A stretch of DNA of 63,150 nt, counting the filler, from Octopus bimaculoides (taxonomy: Eukaryota): NCBI RefSeq assembly GCF_001194135.2. It is 7 parts of 7 records of this genome, joined end to end, with 100 filler letters (N's around TTAATTAATTAA, not from the genome) between each part and the next. Parts side by side here need not be neighbours in the genome. Positions count along the whole stretch, not along the records: positions 45,502 to 51,662 come from NC_068989.1; positions 51,763 to 55,833 come from NW_026386276.1; positions 55,934 to 59,135 come from NC_069005.1; positions 59,236 to 63,150 come from NC_068983.1; 3 more parts are not named here. One strand, given 5' to 3'. The position numbers and the translations under genes are program-made. The notes below the pieces were generated by a model. That model was given only the letters and a program-made list of their open reading frames with translations. It did not search any database and was not told the DNA's origin. Shown piece by piece: positions 48,407-61,103 of this stretch. Numbering within the stretch: the first letter of the stretch is position 1; the number at the start of each line of letters is the position of its first letter.

Positions 48407-48703
48407 GTTTTTTTTTGTTTTTTTTTTAAAGAGAAAAAATATCTCAATTCATGAAGAAACATAATCTCTATTCCTCTTCACCATTCCTCTTTGTCGGTGG
48501 TGGCAGTTACATATTCATTTCTGAGACTTCTGCTACATTTCAAAATACCATTTTCATCGGTTCTGTCACCAATGTATTATTGTTCATATACGTTTCGCCA
48601 TCATCACTCCATCTCGCTCTCTCTCTCTCTCTCTTTCTAGTATCATCCATTTTGTTATTGCTGTTGTTGCTGTTATGGGGGTGTTGTTGTTGTTGTTGTT
48701 GTT

Positions 48704-48734
<31 letters not shown>

Positions 48735-50580
48735 GTGGTGGTGGTGATTTTCTTGCTGTTGTCGTTGTAGGTTTTTTTTTTTGTCATTGCTATCATTAGC
48801 AACAGAGGATGTAGAAGTAGCCTAGCTTTTATCACGTACAGACAGACATTATACACTAACTCTTTGCGACATTTTACCATTAGCAACAGCTTCCATACCA
48901 CACACACACACATACATGTATATATATATATATATATGAAACATGAAGAGAAAGGGTTTAATAGCGGAAAGTTCGGATCTTTGAAAGAACAGGGAAAGTG
49001 TTGTATTCGAAATGTAATCGGAAGGAAAAAAGTGTGGGGAGGAAGAGGAGGAGAAGGTGGAGGGAGAAGAGAGCAGAGGAGGGAGGGACGGAGAAGGGAG
49101 GAAAGGAGGAGAAAGCGGATGGGAGGGAATGAGGGAGGGTGGAAGAGGAGGAGAAATCGGATGGAGGGGGAGAAAGAGAAATNNNNNNNNNNNNNNNNNN
49201 NNNNNNNNNNNNNNNNNNNNNNNNNNNNNNNNNNNNNNNNNNNNNNNNNNNNNNNNNNNNNNNNNNNNNNNNNNNNNNNNNNNNNNNNNNNNNNNNNNNN
49301 NNNNNNNNNNNNNNNNNNNNNNNNNNNNNNNNNNNNNNNNNNNNNNNNNNNNNNNNNNNNNNNNNNNNNNNNNNNNNNNNNNNNNNNNNNNNNNNNNNNN
49401 NNNNNNNNNNNNNNNNNNNNNNNNNNNNNNNNNNNNNNNNNNNNNNNNNNNNNNNNNNNNNNNNNNNNNNNNNNNNNNNNNNNNNNNNNNNNNNNNNNNN
49501 NNNNNNNNNNNNNNNNNNNNNNNNNNNNNNNNNNNNNNNNNNNNNNNNNNNNNNNNNNNNNNNNNNNNNNNNNNNNNNNNNNNNNNNNNNNNNNNNNNNN
49601 NNNNNNNNNNNNNNNNNNNNNNNNNNNNNNNNNNNNNNNNNNNNNNNNNNNNNNNNNNNNNNNNNNNNNNNNNNNNNNNNNNNNNNNNNNNNNNNNNNNN
49701 NNNNNNNNNNNNNNNNNNNNNNNNNNNNNNNNNNNNNNNNNNNNNNNNNNNNNNNNNNNNNNNNNNNNNNNNNNNNNNNNNNNGCATGCCTAGCCAACGG
49801 GGTGGCATCATTCGAAAGCTACACCAAAGCAAAGAAACACATCATGACCAGCAACATATAGCAACATCTGACATTCTGATCTATACAGTGATATATAAGT
49901 ATATATATATATATACACTATTGGTATCACGTCTACTCTCTTCATTGACCACAACCTTCGTATTTCCCACTCAAATCGTCTTGGCTGCTTATTTTTCCTT
50001 CTCCTTTTATTAATCTGGGGTATGCTATGTCGATTATCATACATGTTCTTTCTTTTTTATTCATCACAACAATGTCCAGTTTCTGATGTCTGGTCGAGTG
50101 ATCGCACTAGATCATGCGGTACCCCAGAATGGCCGCAGTCTAATAAGTGAAACAAGTAAAATATAACATTAAAATATCGCCATTGTGTCATGAAGTCAAA
50201 AAGATTAAAGAGTGCTGCGTTAGAATAGAAGCTTTGGGAAACGATAGATTAAAGATTTATTTATATCTTGGTGTGTGCGGAGAAATAAATCAATGTTCAT
50301 AGAATATATGAACGAAACTACGAAACTAATGTTAATGGGAAGACAGGAAGTCATATGAAAATAATGTAGAGCGGAAGTTATCTTTAGTGAGAAACAATTT
50401 AGCAGAATTAGTTCAATCTTGTTGAAATAGGTCAGATGTAAAGAGTAATTAGAAAAGCAGAACTATGCAACAGCAAGAAGCTGATGCGACAGAATAAGCA
50501 CACCGAAGACGATGTCGTCTATGAATAAGGCAAGTTTTGTAATAATAGTAATGATAATAGTAACAACAACAACAATAATA

Positions 50581-50734
50581 ATCCTGTCTACTAAAGGCAC
50601 AAGGCTTGAAATTTTGGGGAAAGAGGACTGGTCAGTTACATCGACCCCAGTGTTTCACTGGTACTTAATTTATCGACCCCGAAAGGATGAAAGGCAAAGT
50701 TGACCTCGGCAAAGTTGACCTCGGCAAAGTTGAC
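50581..50734 (-). mobile_element. SINE family B, 5'-truncated with a 15-bp triplication at the junction
   Basis: Tail and body, then (GGCAAAGTTGACCTC) x2.8. Confidence 0.9.
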
Positions 50735-50812
50735 TTATTTGTTGTAGCCCTATAGGAGAGTTCTTGGCATCTAACGTTACTTGATTTTGCCCGATGTTAG
50801 AAATTTTTCTCT

Positions 50813-51135
50813 TTGGGTTCAGTCCAACTGCGTGACACCTGGGCGAGTGTCTTCTACTATAGCCTCGGACCGACCAAACCCTTGTGAGTGGATTTGGTAG
50901 ACGGAAACTGAAAGAAGCCCGTCGTATATGTGTGTGTGTGTTTGTCCACCACCATTGCTTGACAACCGATGTTGGTGTGTTTACGTTCCGTAACATTAGT
51001 GGTTCGGCAAAAGAGACCGATAGAATAAGTACTAGACTTACAAAGTATAAGTCCTGGGGTCGATTTGTTCGACTAAAGGCAGTGCTTCAGCATGGCTGCA
51101 GTCAAATGACTGAAACAAGTAAAAGAATAAAAGAA
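50813..51135 (+). mobile_element. SINE family A, 5'-truncated
   Basis: GGGTTCAGTCC through GACTGAAACAAGTAAAAGAATAAAAG. Confidence 0.92.
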
Positions 51136-51359
51136 ATTAAGGATAGAATCATTGCAAAAATAACGATCTTATATGTGTAACACCAACACATATATATACA
51201 TGCATTTATACATACGTCCATACATACATACATACATACATACATACATACATACATACATACATACATACATGTATGTTTGTAGGTATGTATATATGTA
51301 TAGGCGGTCCACTGGCTCAACTCAGTGACTAATGCTGGTTGTCTTTTTTTTCCCTCCAG

Positions 51360-51515
51360 GTAAAGCTACGGCTGCGAATCTAGCCAATGTTATCTCACTT
51401 CGGTATTTCCTATTGAGAAAGGCTAAAGAGCCAGAAGCGCGTGTCTGGGAATCACTGGGTAGATATGGTGTTTTTACACCTTTTACCATCAGGAAAAATT
51501 CCTTCTGCACGGGTG
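51360..51515 (+). CDS. Candidate internal exon of an unidentified gene (156 nt, phase 1-1)
   Basis: Branch-like TGACTAAT, GTCTTTTTTTTCCCTCCAG acceptor, GTAGGT donor; one open frame GKATAANLANVISLRYFLLRKAKEPEARVWESLGRYGVFTPFTIRKNSFCTG. No homology recognised. Confidence 0.3.
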
Positions 51516-51572
51516 GTAGGTGCAGTAAATTTGCCTTTAAAAGTTAAAATGTCATAAACAAATCCAAAGTTC

Positions 51573-51603
<31 letters not shown>

Positions 51604-51762
51604 CTTTATTTAAAAGCAGCAGAAATATAACAAAACAAAACTTACTCCGGTATATATATATANNNNNNNNNNNNNNNNNNNNNNNNNNNNNNNNNNNNNN
51701 NNNNNNTTAATTAATTAANNNNNNNNNNNNNNNNNNNNNNNNNNNNNNNNNNNNNNNNNNNN

Positions 51763-52251
51763 ATAGGTCTCTCGGGCTATTTGGGAGAATATTAAAAAGC
51801 TGTGGGTTCCTGAAGACCAGACTGTTGCAGTAACTGGTCCAGAAGCGCGATGGCATTGTTGAGATCTTTGGCGCTGTACAGTGGCGATCCGTTCTGGCAT
51901 TTGTGTAGCTTTCAATGCCGAAATTTGGCACAATTTCTTCCAAGATCTTCCAGATGTTTCTTACTGCATACCTCTCCCGCCTTCGCTTCAGGGAGCAGGG
52001 TCTTGGCTGTTTCAGCCCTTCCCAGTAGATGAGCTGTTGCAAAGAGACAATCTTCTTTGTGAATCTTCTCTGGATTGCTTCAGGGTCAGCTGTTAATTTC
52101 ACACTGTTGGGTGACCATAACTGGGAGCAGTAACCCAGGCGGCTGAGGACGAATGTCCTCCAGAGGACCATCATGGTTTCCTTCTCTCTGGTTCTCAACG
52201 TTCTCAGGATCCAGCCAGCCAGTCGTCTGCACTTTGTCGCCATCCTGGTAA
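51763..52251 (-). mobile_element. CR1/L2-group LINE ORF2 C-terminal fragment (RT thumb)
   Basis: Open frame GWILRTLRTREKETMMVLWRTFVLSRLGYCSQLWSP..EAIQRRFTKKI..RRRERY..WKIL. Confidence 0.9.
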
Positions 52252-52586
52252 CATATATATATATATACATGTAAACACTAACACATAAATATGTGTGAGT
52301 GTGTGTGCGTGTCTCTGTGTGTGTGCATATGTGTACATATATATACATATATTTAAAATATATAAAATATGTAATGCGTATATATTGTATGTATGTATGC
52401 ATGTATGTATGCATATATATATATATATACATATTTTCATAATATATACATATATATATTATATATAATACACATATATATTATATACAATATATACATA
52501 TATGTCATATAATATATATGTGTGTGTGTGTATCTTTTATCCTTTTTCTCTTCCAATAAGTGGGTTGCAGCCGTACTGGAGCAAAT

Positions 52587-54395
52587 AGACATTTGTCTAC
52601 CTATACGAGCTGTATTATCAGAAATGTGATTTGTTAATAAATATTTACCTTGTTTGCAAGTTTGTGCCCCGTGAACACCTTCATTTTTCTTAGTTACTCG
52701 ACCTTCGTTTTGTTTGGCGAAATTTACTTTGCAGCACTAGTTCTCTGGTGTTATAAGAGTTTTGCTCTTCGGAAAGATTTCCAGCGATCGGAAACATTTG
52801 TTCAATTAGCAGTTCTTCGCTTTGTTGATAAAGCGTTGCAATGTTAGCAGATCTTGCTGTGTTAAAGGTTTGACTTTTACCAGACGTTAGCTGCGATAGC
52901 CTATCTTTGCGTTAACAACCCATTTGTTGTATTACAAGATATTTTCTATCAGAATTATATTCTGATAGATGACATTTAATGTTGGCTGAAGTTGGCTACA
53001 ATAGCATGGATTTGATGATTTTTTTCTAGCAGACCTTTTCAGTGTTAGACAATATTTAGTGAATGAGCTTCTAATTTCACGTGTTAAATGCATGTGTTTT
53101 CAGCAGAATTATCTTGCTTTAGCTGCTGTCCTTTACTTTGTTAGTACCTTAGTTTTTCGTGTTACAAAACCTTTTTTGTGCTAGCAAACATTCGCTCTGT
53201 TAAAATAACTTCATATTGTAGCCGGACTTTATATTGTTAGCTGAACATTTCAGTAACGAAAGATATTTTTGCTCTATAAGCAGAAGTTTACAGTTTATTT
53301 GTTGCATGCACTGCTTGAAGATTTTTACTCTGTGAGCACCTCAGTTATCAAGCCATTGTTTTATTTGCTGAAATTTACTGAATCATCATGCATTTCCTGT
53401 TTTAGCCAACTTTTGTTCTGTTAAGAGAACTTTCTTGCGTTGGGAAACATTTGCAGTGTGTGTATCTTTTCTCTATTAGCCATTCTTTGCAATATTGGGA
53501 GAACGTTGCAATATTAGAAGATATATTTTAATCATATATTTGCAGTGCTAATCGATATTTGCAATGCTAGCAAACCATTGACAATTTCTGTTAGAATTAT
53601 ATTATGTACTGTGTTAGCCGACATTTGATATCTTATATGATGTTTACTGTGTTAGCACCTGTTTTGTGTTGTTTCAAGACATTTGCGGCGTTAGCAGAAG
53701 TTTTCTGTGTGAACAAACATTTGCCCTATTGAAAGCATTTCCTTTGGTCGCAAGATTTGCAGTATTAGCTCAACGTTTAGGTCTTAACAGATTTTTGTCG
53801 TTTTAACAGATATTTGCATTATGAACTCAAGTTAATTGTATTAATATACATTTTCACTTCTTTTATGAGTTAACAGACCATCGTTTTGTTTGCTGAAATT
53901 TGATGAGTCATATTTCTCTTGGTTTAGCAAATTTTTACTGTGTTAAGTGAGTTTTTAGCATTGAAAAACATTTGTAGAGTTAGAATATTATTTAGAATAT
54001 CTTTGCTTTATTAGCCGTTCGTTGTTGTGTTAGAAAAACTTTGTTGTGTTAGCAGACCTTAGCTATGATAGCTGAAATTTGTTTTGTCACCAGACGTTTG
54101 ATGTGTAGCTGATATTTGCTATGTTAGCACCTCCTATTTGAATTACAAGACCTTTGCATAATTTTTGTGTGCAATCATATCTGTTACGTTAGTAGATATT
54201 TCCTGTTTTAGCATATCTATGCTGTATTAACAGACCTTTGCTGTTTTTGCAGACCTTTCATGTGTTAGCACCTCCTTTGTCGTGTTCCGAGCCCTTGGCT
54301 TTGTTAGCAATGCTTGGCCGTGTTAGGAAACTACTGCTGTGTTATCCGATCTTTGCTGTGTTAACAGAAATTTGATATGTTATAAGACACTTTCA
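52587..54395. repeat. Degenerate 19-bp satellite (about AGACCTTTGCTGTGTTAGC) with higher-order blocks
   Basis: Clean 19-mers such as TGATATTTGCTATGTTAGC, AGACCTTTGCTGTTTTTGC and AGACCTTTCATGTGTTAGC; a block at 53344 recurs at 53869. Confidence 0.8.
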
Positions 54396-55024
54396 CTAGG
54401 GATTGCTGTATTCCAATTAGGATGAACGCCTGGGAGCTAAGGGTGCCGTTGTACGCCGTCTCCGAAAGCAGGAGTTGATCCCTCATCAGGCAGTGAAGCA
54501 ACTCAGCAGTTGATTCGACCCCCTTCCACCGCGACACCAGAGCTGCCCAGTGCCACCCACCGATTTACGCGCCAAAACATCTGCGCAACGGCACGAGCTT
54601 TCACGAGTCAGAGGTTGTGACTCTGTCGTCTTCGAAGCCATATCTTGCTGCACCATTCATCCTCGCAATAGAAGTCAGAAAGTAAATAATACGGATTAAA
54701 ACATGGAATCGCACGGTGAGCTAACGAGTGGAAATAATTCCTGGAAGATTACAAATTGGTTTGGAAACAATTTGACCGGAAACACAATGGTTCTGGCGTG
54801 TATATGTCTGTGTGTGTGTGTGTAAGAGAACGTGTGTATGTGTTTGTGTGTGTATGTTAGTGCGTGTATGTGTGCGCGTGCGTATTTGGGTGTGTGCGCA
54901 CTAGTGTGTGTGTGTGTGTGTGTGTGAGTGCGTTCATGTGTATGAGCGCGTACGTGTGTATGCGTGCATGTATGTGTGCGTACGTGTGTGCGTGTGAGAG
55001 TGCGTTTGTATGCGTATGTGTGTG

Positions 55025-55057
<33 letters not shown>

Positions 55058-55447
55058 NNNNNNNNNNNNNNNNNNNNNNNNNNNNNNNNNNNNNNNNNNN
55101 NNNNNNNNNNNNNNNNNNNNNNNNNNNNNNNNNNNNNNNNNNNNNNNNNNNNNNNNNNNNNNNNNNNNNNNNNNNNNNNNNNNNNNNNNNNNNNNNNNNN
55201 NNNNNNNNNNNNNNNNNNNNNNNNNNNNNNNNNNNNNNNNNNNNNNNNNNNNNNNNNNNNNNNNNNNNNNNNNNNNNNNNNNNNNNNNNNNNNNNNNNNN
55301 NNNNNNNNNNNNNNNNNNNNNNNNNNNNNNNNNNNNNNNNNNNNNNNNNNNNNNNNNNNNNNNNNNNNNNNNNNNNNNNNNNNNNNNNNNNNNNNNNNNN
55401 NNNNNNNNNNNNNNNNNNNNNNNNNNNNNNNNNNNNNNNNNNNNNNN

Positions 55448-55479
<32 letters not shown>

Positions 55480-55482
<3 letters not shown>

Positions 55483-55662
55483 TGTTTGTCCCCCGACCAT
55501 CGCTCAACAACTGATGTCGGTGTGTTCACGTCTCCGTAACCTAACGTTTCGGCAAAAGACACCGATAGAATAAGTACTAGGCTTACGAAGAAAGAGTCCT
55601 GGCGTCGATTTGTTCAACTAAAGGTGGTGCTCCAGAATGGCCGCAGTCAAATGACTGAAAGA
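55480..55662 (+). mobile_element. SINE family A 3' half
   Basis: GTTTGTCCCCCGACCATCGC..GACACCGATAGAATAAGTACTAGG..GACTGAAA. Confidence 0.88.
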
Positions 55663-56061
55663 AATTTTTAAAAAACGTTCAATTTTTACACGCTGCTTTC
55701 AAAATAGTCTTCAGCTGTAGCATGGGCGTGATTGTGTGCGTGTGTTTGTCTCTGTGTGTGTGTGTACGTGTGTCTGTCTGTTTGGCAGTTGGTTTCGGTA
55801 TGTGTTCATATACATACATACATATATGCATACNNNNNNNNNNNNNNNNNNNNNNNNNNNNNNNNNNNNNNNNNNNNTTAATTAATTAANNNNNNNNNNN
55901 NNNNNNNNNNNNNNNNNNNNNNNNNNNNNNNNNTCATTAGTATTACTATTATCATAAATCTTACCATTCTACTCATTTGAAAGAGAATTGTTATTTTTAG
56001 AGGTATGCATTCAAATTTGGGTTATTATTTGTTTTTCTTTTCACAATGTCATCCTAGTAAT

Positions 56062-56459
56062 CTCTTTTACTCTTTACTCTTTTACTTGTTTCAGTCATTT
56101 GACTGCGGTCATGCTGGAGCACCGCCTTTAGTCGAGTAAATCGACCCCAGGACTTATTCTTTGGAAGCCTAGTAATTATTGTATCGATCACTTTTGCCGA
56201 ACCGCTAAGTTACGGGGACGTAAACACACCGGCATCGGTTGTCAAGCGATGTTGGGGGAAGGGGACAAACACAGACACAAACATATAAACACACACACAC
56301 ACATATATACATATATACATATATACGACGGGCTTCTTTCAGTTTCCGGCCCGAGGCTATAGTAGAAGACACTTTCCCAAGATACCACGCAGTGGGACTG
56401 AACCCGGAACCATGTGGTTTGTAAGCAAACTACTTACCACACAGCCACTCCTGCGCCTA
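56062..56459 (-). mobile_element. SINE family A, near full length
   Basis: Complete head and tail; short internal deletion. Confidence 0.92.
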
Positions 56460-56489
56460 ATCTATCATTTTCTTGCTTACTATGTATAA

Positions 56490-57240
56490 TGCGTTTATTT
56501 GAATTTATTAAACGTACATTTATTCGCATGAATGCAACTTAAACTATTTCCTGCCTAGAGCTTATCAGATTACATTTTGAAATGAAAATTTGGTATGTTT
56601 CCTCAACACAAAGTTACACCGTTTATTCCCTCTACTATACGGTTTAGTCCTACTAATTATATCCCAGCCAATTGAGTACATTTTATTATTATCCAGCAAC
56701 CAAATTGATTTACTTAAACTCATATTGTATTTCTTATTTTTGTCTCTAAATGAATGTTCGTGGTTAGCTATGTTACGTTTTATAAAACATGAACTAACAC
56801 CTATATAGAAATATTCTACGCCTTCTGATATGACTTTACACTTGCAAACCACATTTTAAATTTTACATTGTGATTTTAACGGATATGATTTGCTTTTTGC
56901 GTAAGCACAGCTGGTAACTCTTCTAATTCTGTTCTTACCTTGTATATTGGTTTGATCACTTGTGTTTTCTAATTAATTACGCCTATGTTCCAGGTTGTTT
57001 TTAGTATTCTTATTGTTGATATTACAAGTACTGCACTTTCTGGCGTTCTTGACTTCGCTTTCTTGTCTAGCATTTGAGTTAGTAGCGGTTGCTTCCCTTG
57101 TGTTAGTTCCTTTGTTGTAGCTATTTCTCTGGTCACCAGCTCTATCAATAAGGCTGATCTCATTACTGTTTATTCCTAAGTCGCTATTTCTGTTCTGGTT
57201 AATATTAATAGTATTCTCATAAAAACAATCAAGAATCTGC
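56490..57240 (-). mobile_element. Penelope-like element remnant: Asn-rich linker and GIY-YIG endonuclease
   Basis: C....SYPLKSQCKI*NVVCKCKV..YFYIGVS..FIKRNIANHEHSFRD..SLSKSIWLL..WDIISRTKPYSRGNKRCN(fs)CVEE..LISSRQEIV..CIHANK. Confidence 0.85.
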
Positions 57241-57329
57241 AAGCGTTATTGTCGGGCCCCTAGTATCATTAATAATATCTGATACAAGTTATCGCCCCTT
57301 GTATCGTCCGAGTGCCCGTTTTCCGTGTT

Positions 57330-57676
57330 TTATTTTTTAGTATAAAATATCTAAAAATAGATGAATCTTCCTATTTTTTTGCATACTTCATTTATTTTAG
57401 ATATATTTCCCATATTCATAATTTATTTTCTAGAGATTAGGCGTCATTTTCTTGGAGAGGTACGCTTCTAAAGAAGCGCCGAAAATTGTACGCGTACCGT
57501 TACATAGACATAGTGGGTTAAAATCCTAGACGAATTGAGAATAATCTATTTATGTTGGGGGCGCGGAATTTCGAGTAAAAAATTATAAGAAAATGCGTCC
57601 TAATTCAAACAGAGCACATGTCAAATTTGGTGAAATTCGCTTGAAAATTGTAGACAACTTGCCTTTTAATATATGA
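57330..57676 (-). mobile_element. Possible non-autonomous Helitron-like element, 5' portion
   Basis: Minus strand starts A|TCATATATTAAAAGGCAAG and contains TTTCACCAAATTTGACA; no convincing hairpin-CTRR|T 3' end. Confidence 0.35.
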
Positions 57677-58264
57677 TATATATATNNNNNNNNNNNNNNN
57701 NNNNNNNNNNNNNNNNNNNNNNNNNNNNNNNNNNNNNNNNNNNNNNNNNNNNNNNNNNNNNNNNNNNNNNNNNNNNNNNNNNNNNNNNNNNNNNNNNNNN
57801 NNNNNNNNNNNNNNNNNNNNNNNNNNNNNNNNNNNNNNNNNNNNNNNNNNNNNNNNNNNNNNNNNNNNNNNNNNNNNNNNNNNNNNNNNNNNNNNNNNNN
57901 NNNNNNNNNNNNNNNNNNNNNNNNNNNNNNNNNNNNNNNNNNNNNNNNNNNNNNNNNNNNNNNNNNNNNNNNNNNNNNNNNNNNNNNNNNNNNNNNNNNN
58001 NNNNNNNNNNNNNNNNNNNNNNNNNNNNNNNNNNNNNNNNNNNNNNNNNNNNNNNNNNNNNNNNNNNNNNNNNNNNNNNNNNNNNNNNNNNNNNNNNNNN
58101 NNNNNNNNNNNNNNNNNNNNNNNNNNNNNNNNNNNNNNNNNNNNNNNNNNNNNNNNNNNNNNNNNNNNNNNNNNNNNNNNNNNNNNNNNNNNNNNNNNNN
58201 NNNNNNNNNNNNNNNNNNNNNNNNNNNNNNNNNNNNNNNNNNNNNNNNNNNNNNNNNNNNNNNN

Positions 58265-58295
<31 letters not shown>

Positions 58296-58406
58296 CATAT
58301 ATATACATGTGTGTATATATATACATTTATACTTTCACATATATGTGTGTGTGTGTGTATGTATGTATACATATATATATATACATTTATATACATTTAT
58401 ACTTTC

Positions 58407-58439
<33 letters not shown>

Positions 58440-58825
58440 CATATTAATGTATTCATTTATCTATGTGTAGAGGAGTTAATACCTATTCCCTTCCATACCA
58501 ACGTTTAAAGTCCCTCCCTCTTCTCGGATTGATGAGATTGATGCTGCTAATACGCAGTCTAAACATCTGGAGGTCAAAATATTGGTCCCGGTCTCAAATT
58601 TCGAAAATTTCTGTCAATCAGAATCCGGCTGAACTTTTGGTCGTGATAAAATATACGACCATCCTATCTTTATTCGGACAGAATACGCTTCAGAGAATAT
58701 AATTCATTGTAACCTTTTCGTAATATTGTAAAGTGTAGGTTGAAAGGGTTTGGCTGCTGTCATTAATGATAACATTCTTGGACCAGCTAACACTTACAAG
58801 ATCATTCGTTTTGATCAGATATTGC

Positions 58826-59134
58826 TGTTGGCACTCCATCGCTTACGACGTCGAGGGTTCCAGTTGATCCGATCAACGGAACAGCCTGCTCGTGAAATTA
58901 ACGTGCAAGTGGCTGAGCACTCCACAGACACGTGTACCCTTAACGTAGTTCTCGGGGTTATTCAGCGTGATACAGTGTGACAAGGCTAACCCTTTGAATT
59001 ACAGGCACAACACAAACAGAAAGTAAGAGTGAGAGAAAGTTTGAGTGGAAGAGTACAGCAGGGTTCGCCACTATCCCCTGCCGGAGCCTCGTGGAGCTTT
59101 TAGGTGTTTTCGCTCAATAAACACTCACAACGCC
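58826..59134 (-). mobile_element. SINE with family-C 5' body and family-D 3' module
   Basis: 59134-59030 matches 44920-45040; 58980-58826 matches 48270-48406. Confidence 0.85.
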
Positions 59135-59235
59135 CNNNNNNNNNNNNNNNNNNNNNNNNNNNNNNNNNNNNNNNNNNNNTTAATTAATTAANNNNNNNNN
59201 NNNNNNNNNNNNNNNNNNNNNNNNNNNNNNNNNNN

Positions 59236-59268
<33 letters not shown>

Positions 59269-59273
59269 TACTC

Positions 59274-59309
<36 letters not shown>

Positions 59310-59337
59310 AAAATATATATATATACACATACATACA

Positions 59338-59370
<33 letters not shown>

Positions 59371-59569
59371 TTATATTTACATAGAGTTACAGCAAATGCA
59401 ATAAAGGGAGACTAAGCAGGAAGGGAGGGAACAGACCGAATGCAAACACTGCTACTAATACAGCTATGTGAAACGGAAAGTAGCAGAAATACCAACATTA
59501 CCAACACTACAATAGTAACCCAAACAACTACGAGAATTCAAACACTAGTACACACACTCACTCAGACAC

Positions 59570-59615
<46 letters not shown>

Positions 59616-59806
59616 GCATATATACACACACACACACTCACACATATACGAATAGTTATACAATGTGTAAGCATAAGTTTGCAGCTTCTGACGTGTGAAC
59701 TAGCTTCAACGACGATGTGATTGTGTTTTGTTTGTTTTTGTTATTTTATTTTTTTTACATGCTAAAAAACATCTCGGTTTGAAAGTTAAATAGTTTAAGA
59801 GTAAAA

Positions 59807-59873
<67 letters not shown>

Positions 59874-60135
59874 TAGGATCTTGTCTACGAAGGGACCGAA
59901 ATTCGTTGTCGATGAAGGAACGCCAATACACCCATACACCTATATATGTGTGTGTGTACTTGAAGAGAGGTTATTGGCCACCGGCCATTAGGGTCTGAAG
60001 AGACGCTGTAAAGCTAATCGCTTTATGGACGTCAAACCCTGGGTAAGCCCCATAGACCGGCCATAACTACTATCTTTATCTACTCCTCTATATAACTTAG
60101 AGTGTGCTTCTCTTTCGGATTTATGATTCACTGAC

Positions 60136-60222
<87 letters not shown>

Positions 60223-60390
60223 GCCCGTCGCTAAGGTGGGTACACTCAAGTTTACAGCGATACACTTATTTCGAAACTCCATTTTAACATTTATTACAAA
60301 CTAGTGTCCACCCAGAATATTCTGAAACAGCTCCCACCCAGGTGTCAAAGTCTGTCGACGGGCCTGTGTGTGGATACACACTTAAATACA

Positions 60391-60424
<34 letters not shown>

Positions 60425-61031
60425 CATGCATACATGCATACATACATACATATATACATGCGTGCGCGCACATATACACACACAGCGAGATCGTCCCGTT
60501 AACGAAACTCCGTGAAAAGTCCTTGGGATTATAATAAATATTAGCTAAGCTGTTGGAATATGTACGTTAACATGGAAACGACATGCTACATCATTCTTCA
60601 ACTAACTCAATAAATAAAGCATCATTTTTTTTTTTTTTTACCTAAGTGACCGCCATAGGGAATAATTGAACTGAGCTTGATTACCGTTTTAAGATATAAT
60701 TTTTTTTTCAGACATAAAACAACGCACCTCGGATTTTTTGTAGATTTGTAGATATTCGGAGATTCTACACGTGTGAGTGTAAATGAGAATTGGTGATTCT
60801 ATGAAGGAGCCTGTGATCACTAAGACTTATTAAAATGGTTTAATTAGCGTTTTATAGTATATTTTATAATGAGACACCGTGTTCAGTGAACATTTGTAGA
60901 TGTTAAGTGTTATTTCCAGTATGTAGTTTGTATGTGGGTCTTTCTGCTTTGTAACGGAGGTGGTTGTTGACGTAAAATACTCCGCTAAGTTTTACCGAAT
61001 AAACTGGCTTCTCGTCTTTCAACGGACTTGT

Positions 61032-61103
<72 letters not shown>

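Noticed and set aside
57451-57495. Hammerhead-like hairpin CGCTTC-TAAA-GAAGCG followed by GAAA
   Set aside because: No CUGANGA core and no stem I pairing.
60495-60830. Possible mariner 5' end
   Set aside because: Only faint motif traces (IFGDS); no TIR could be defined.
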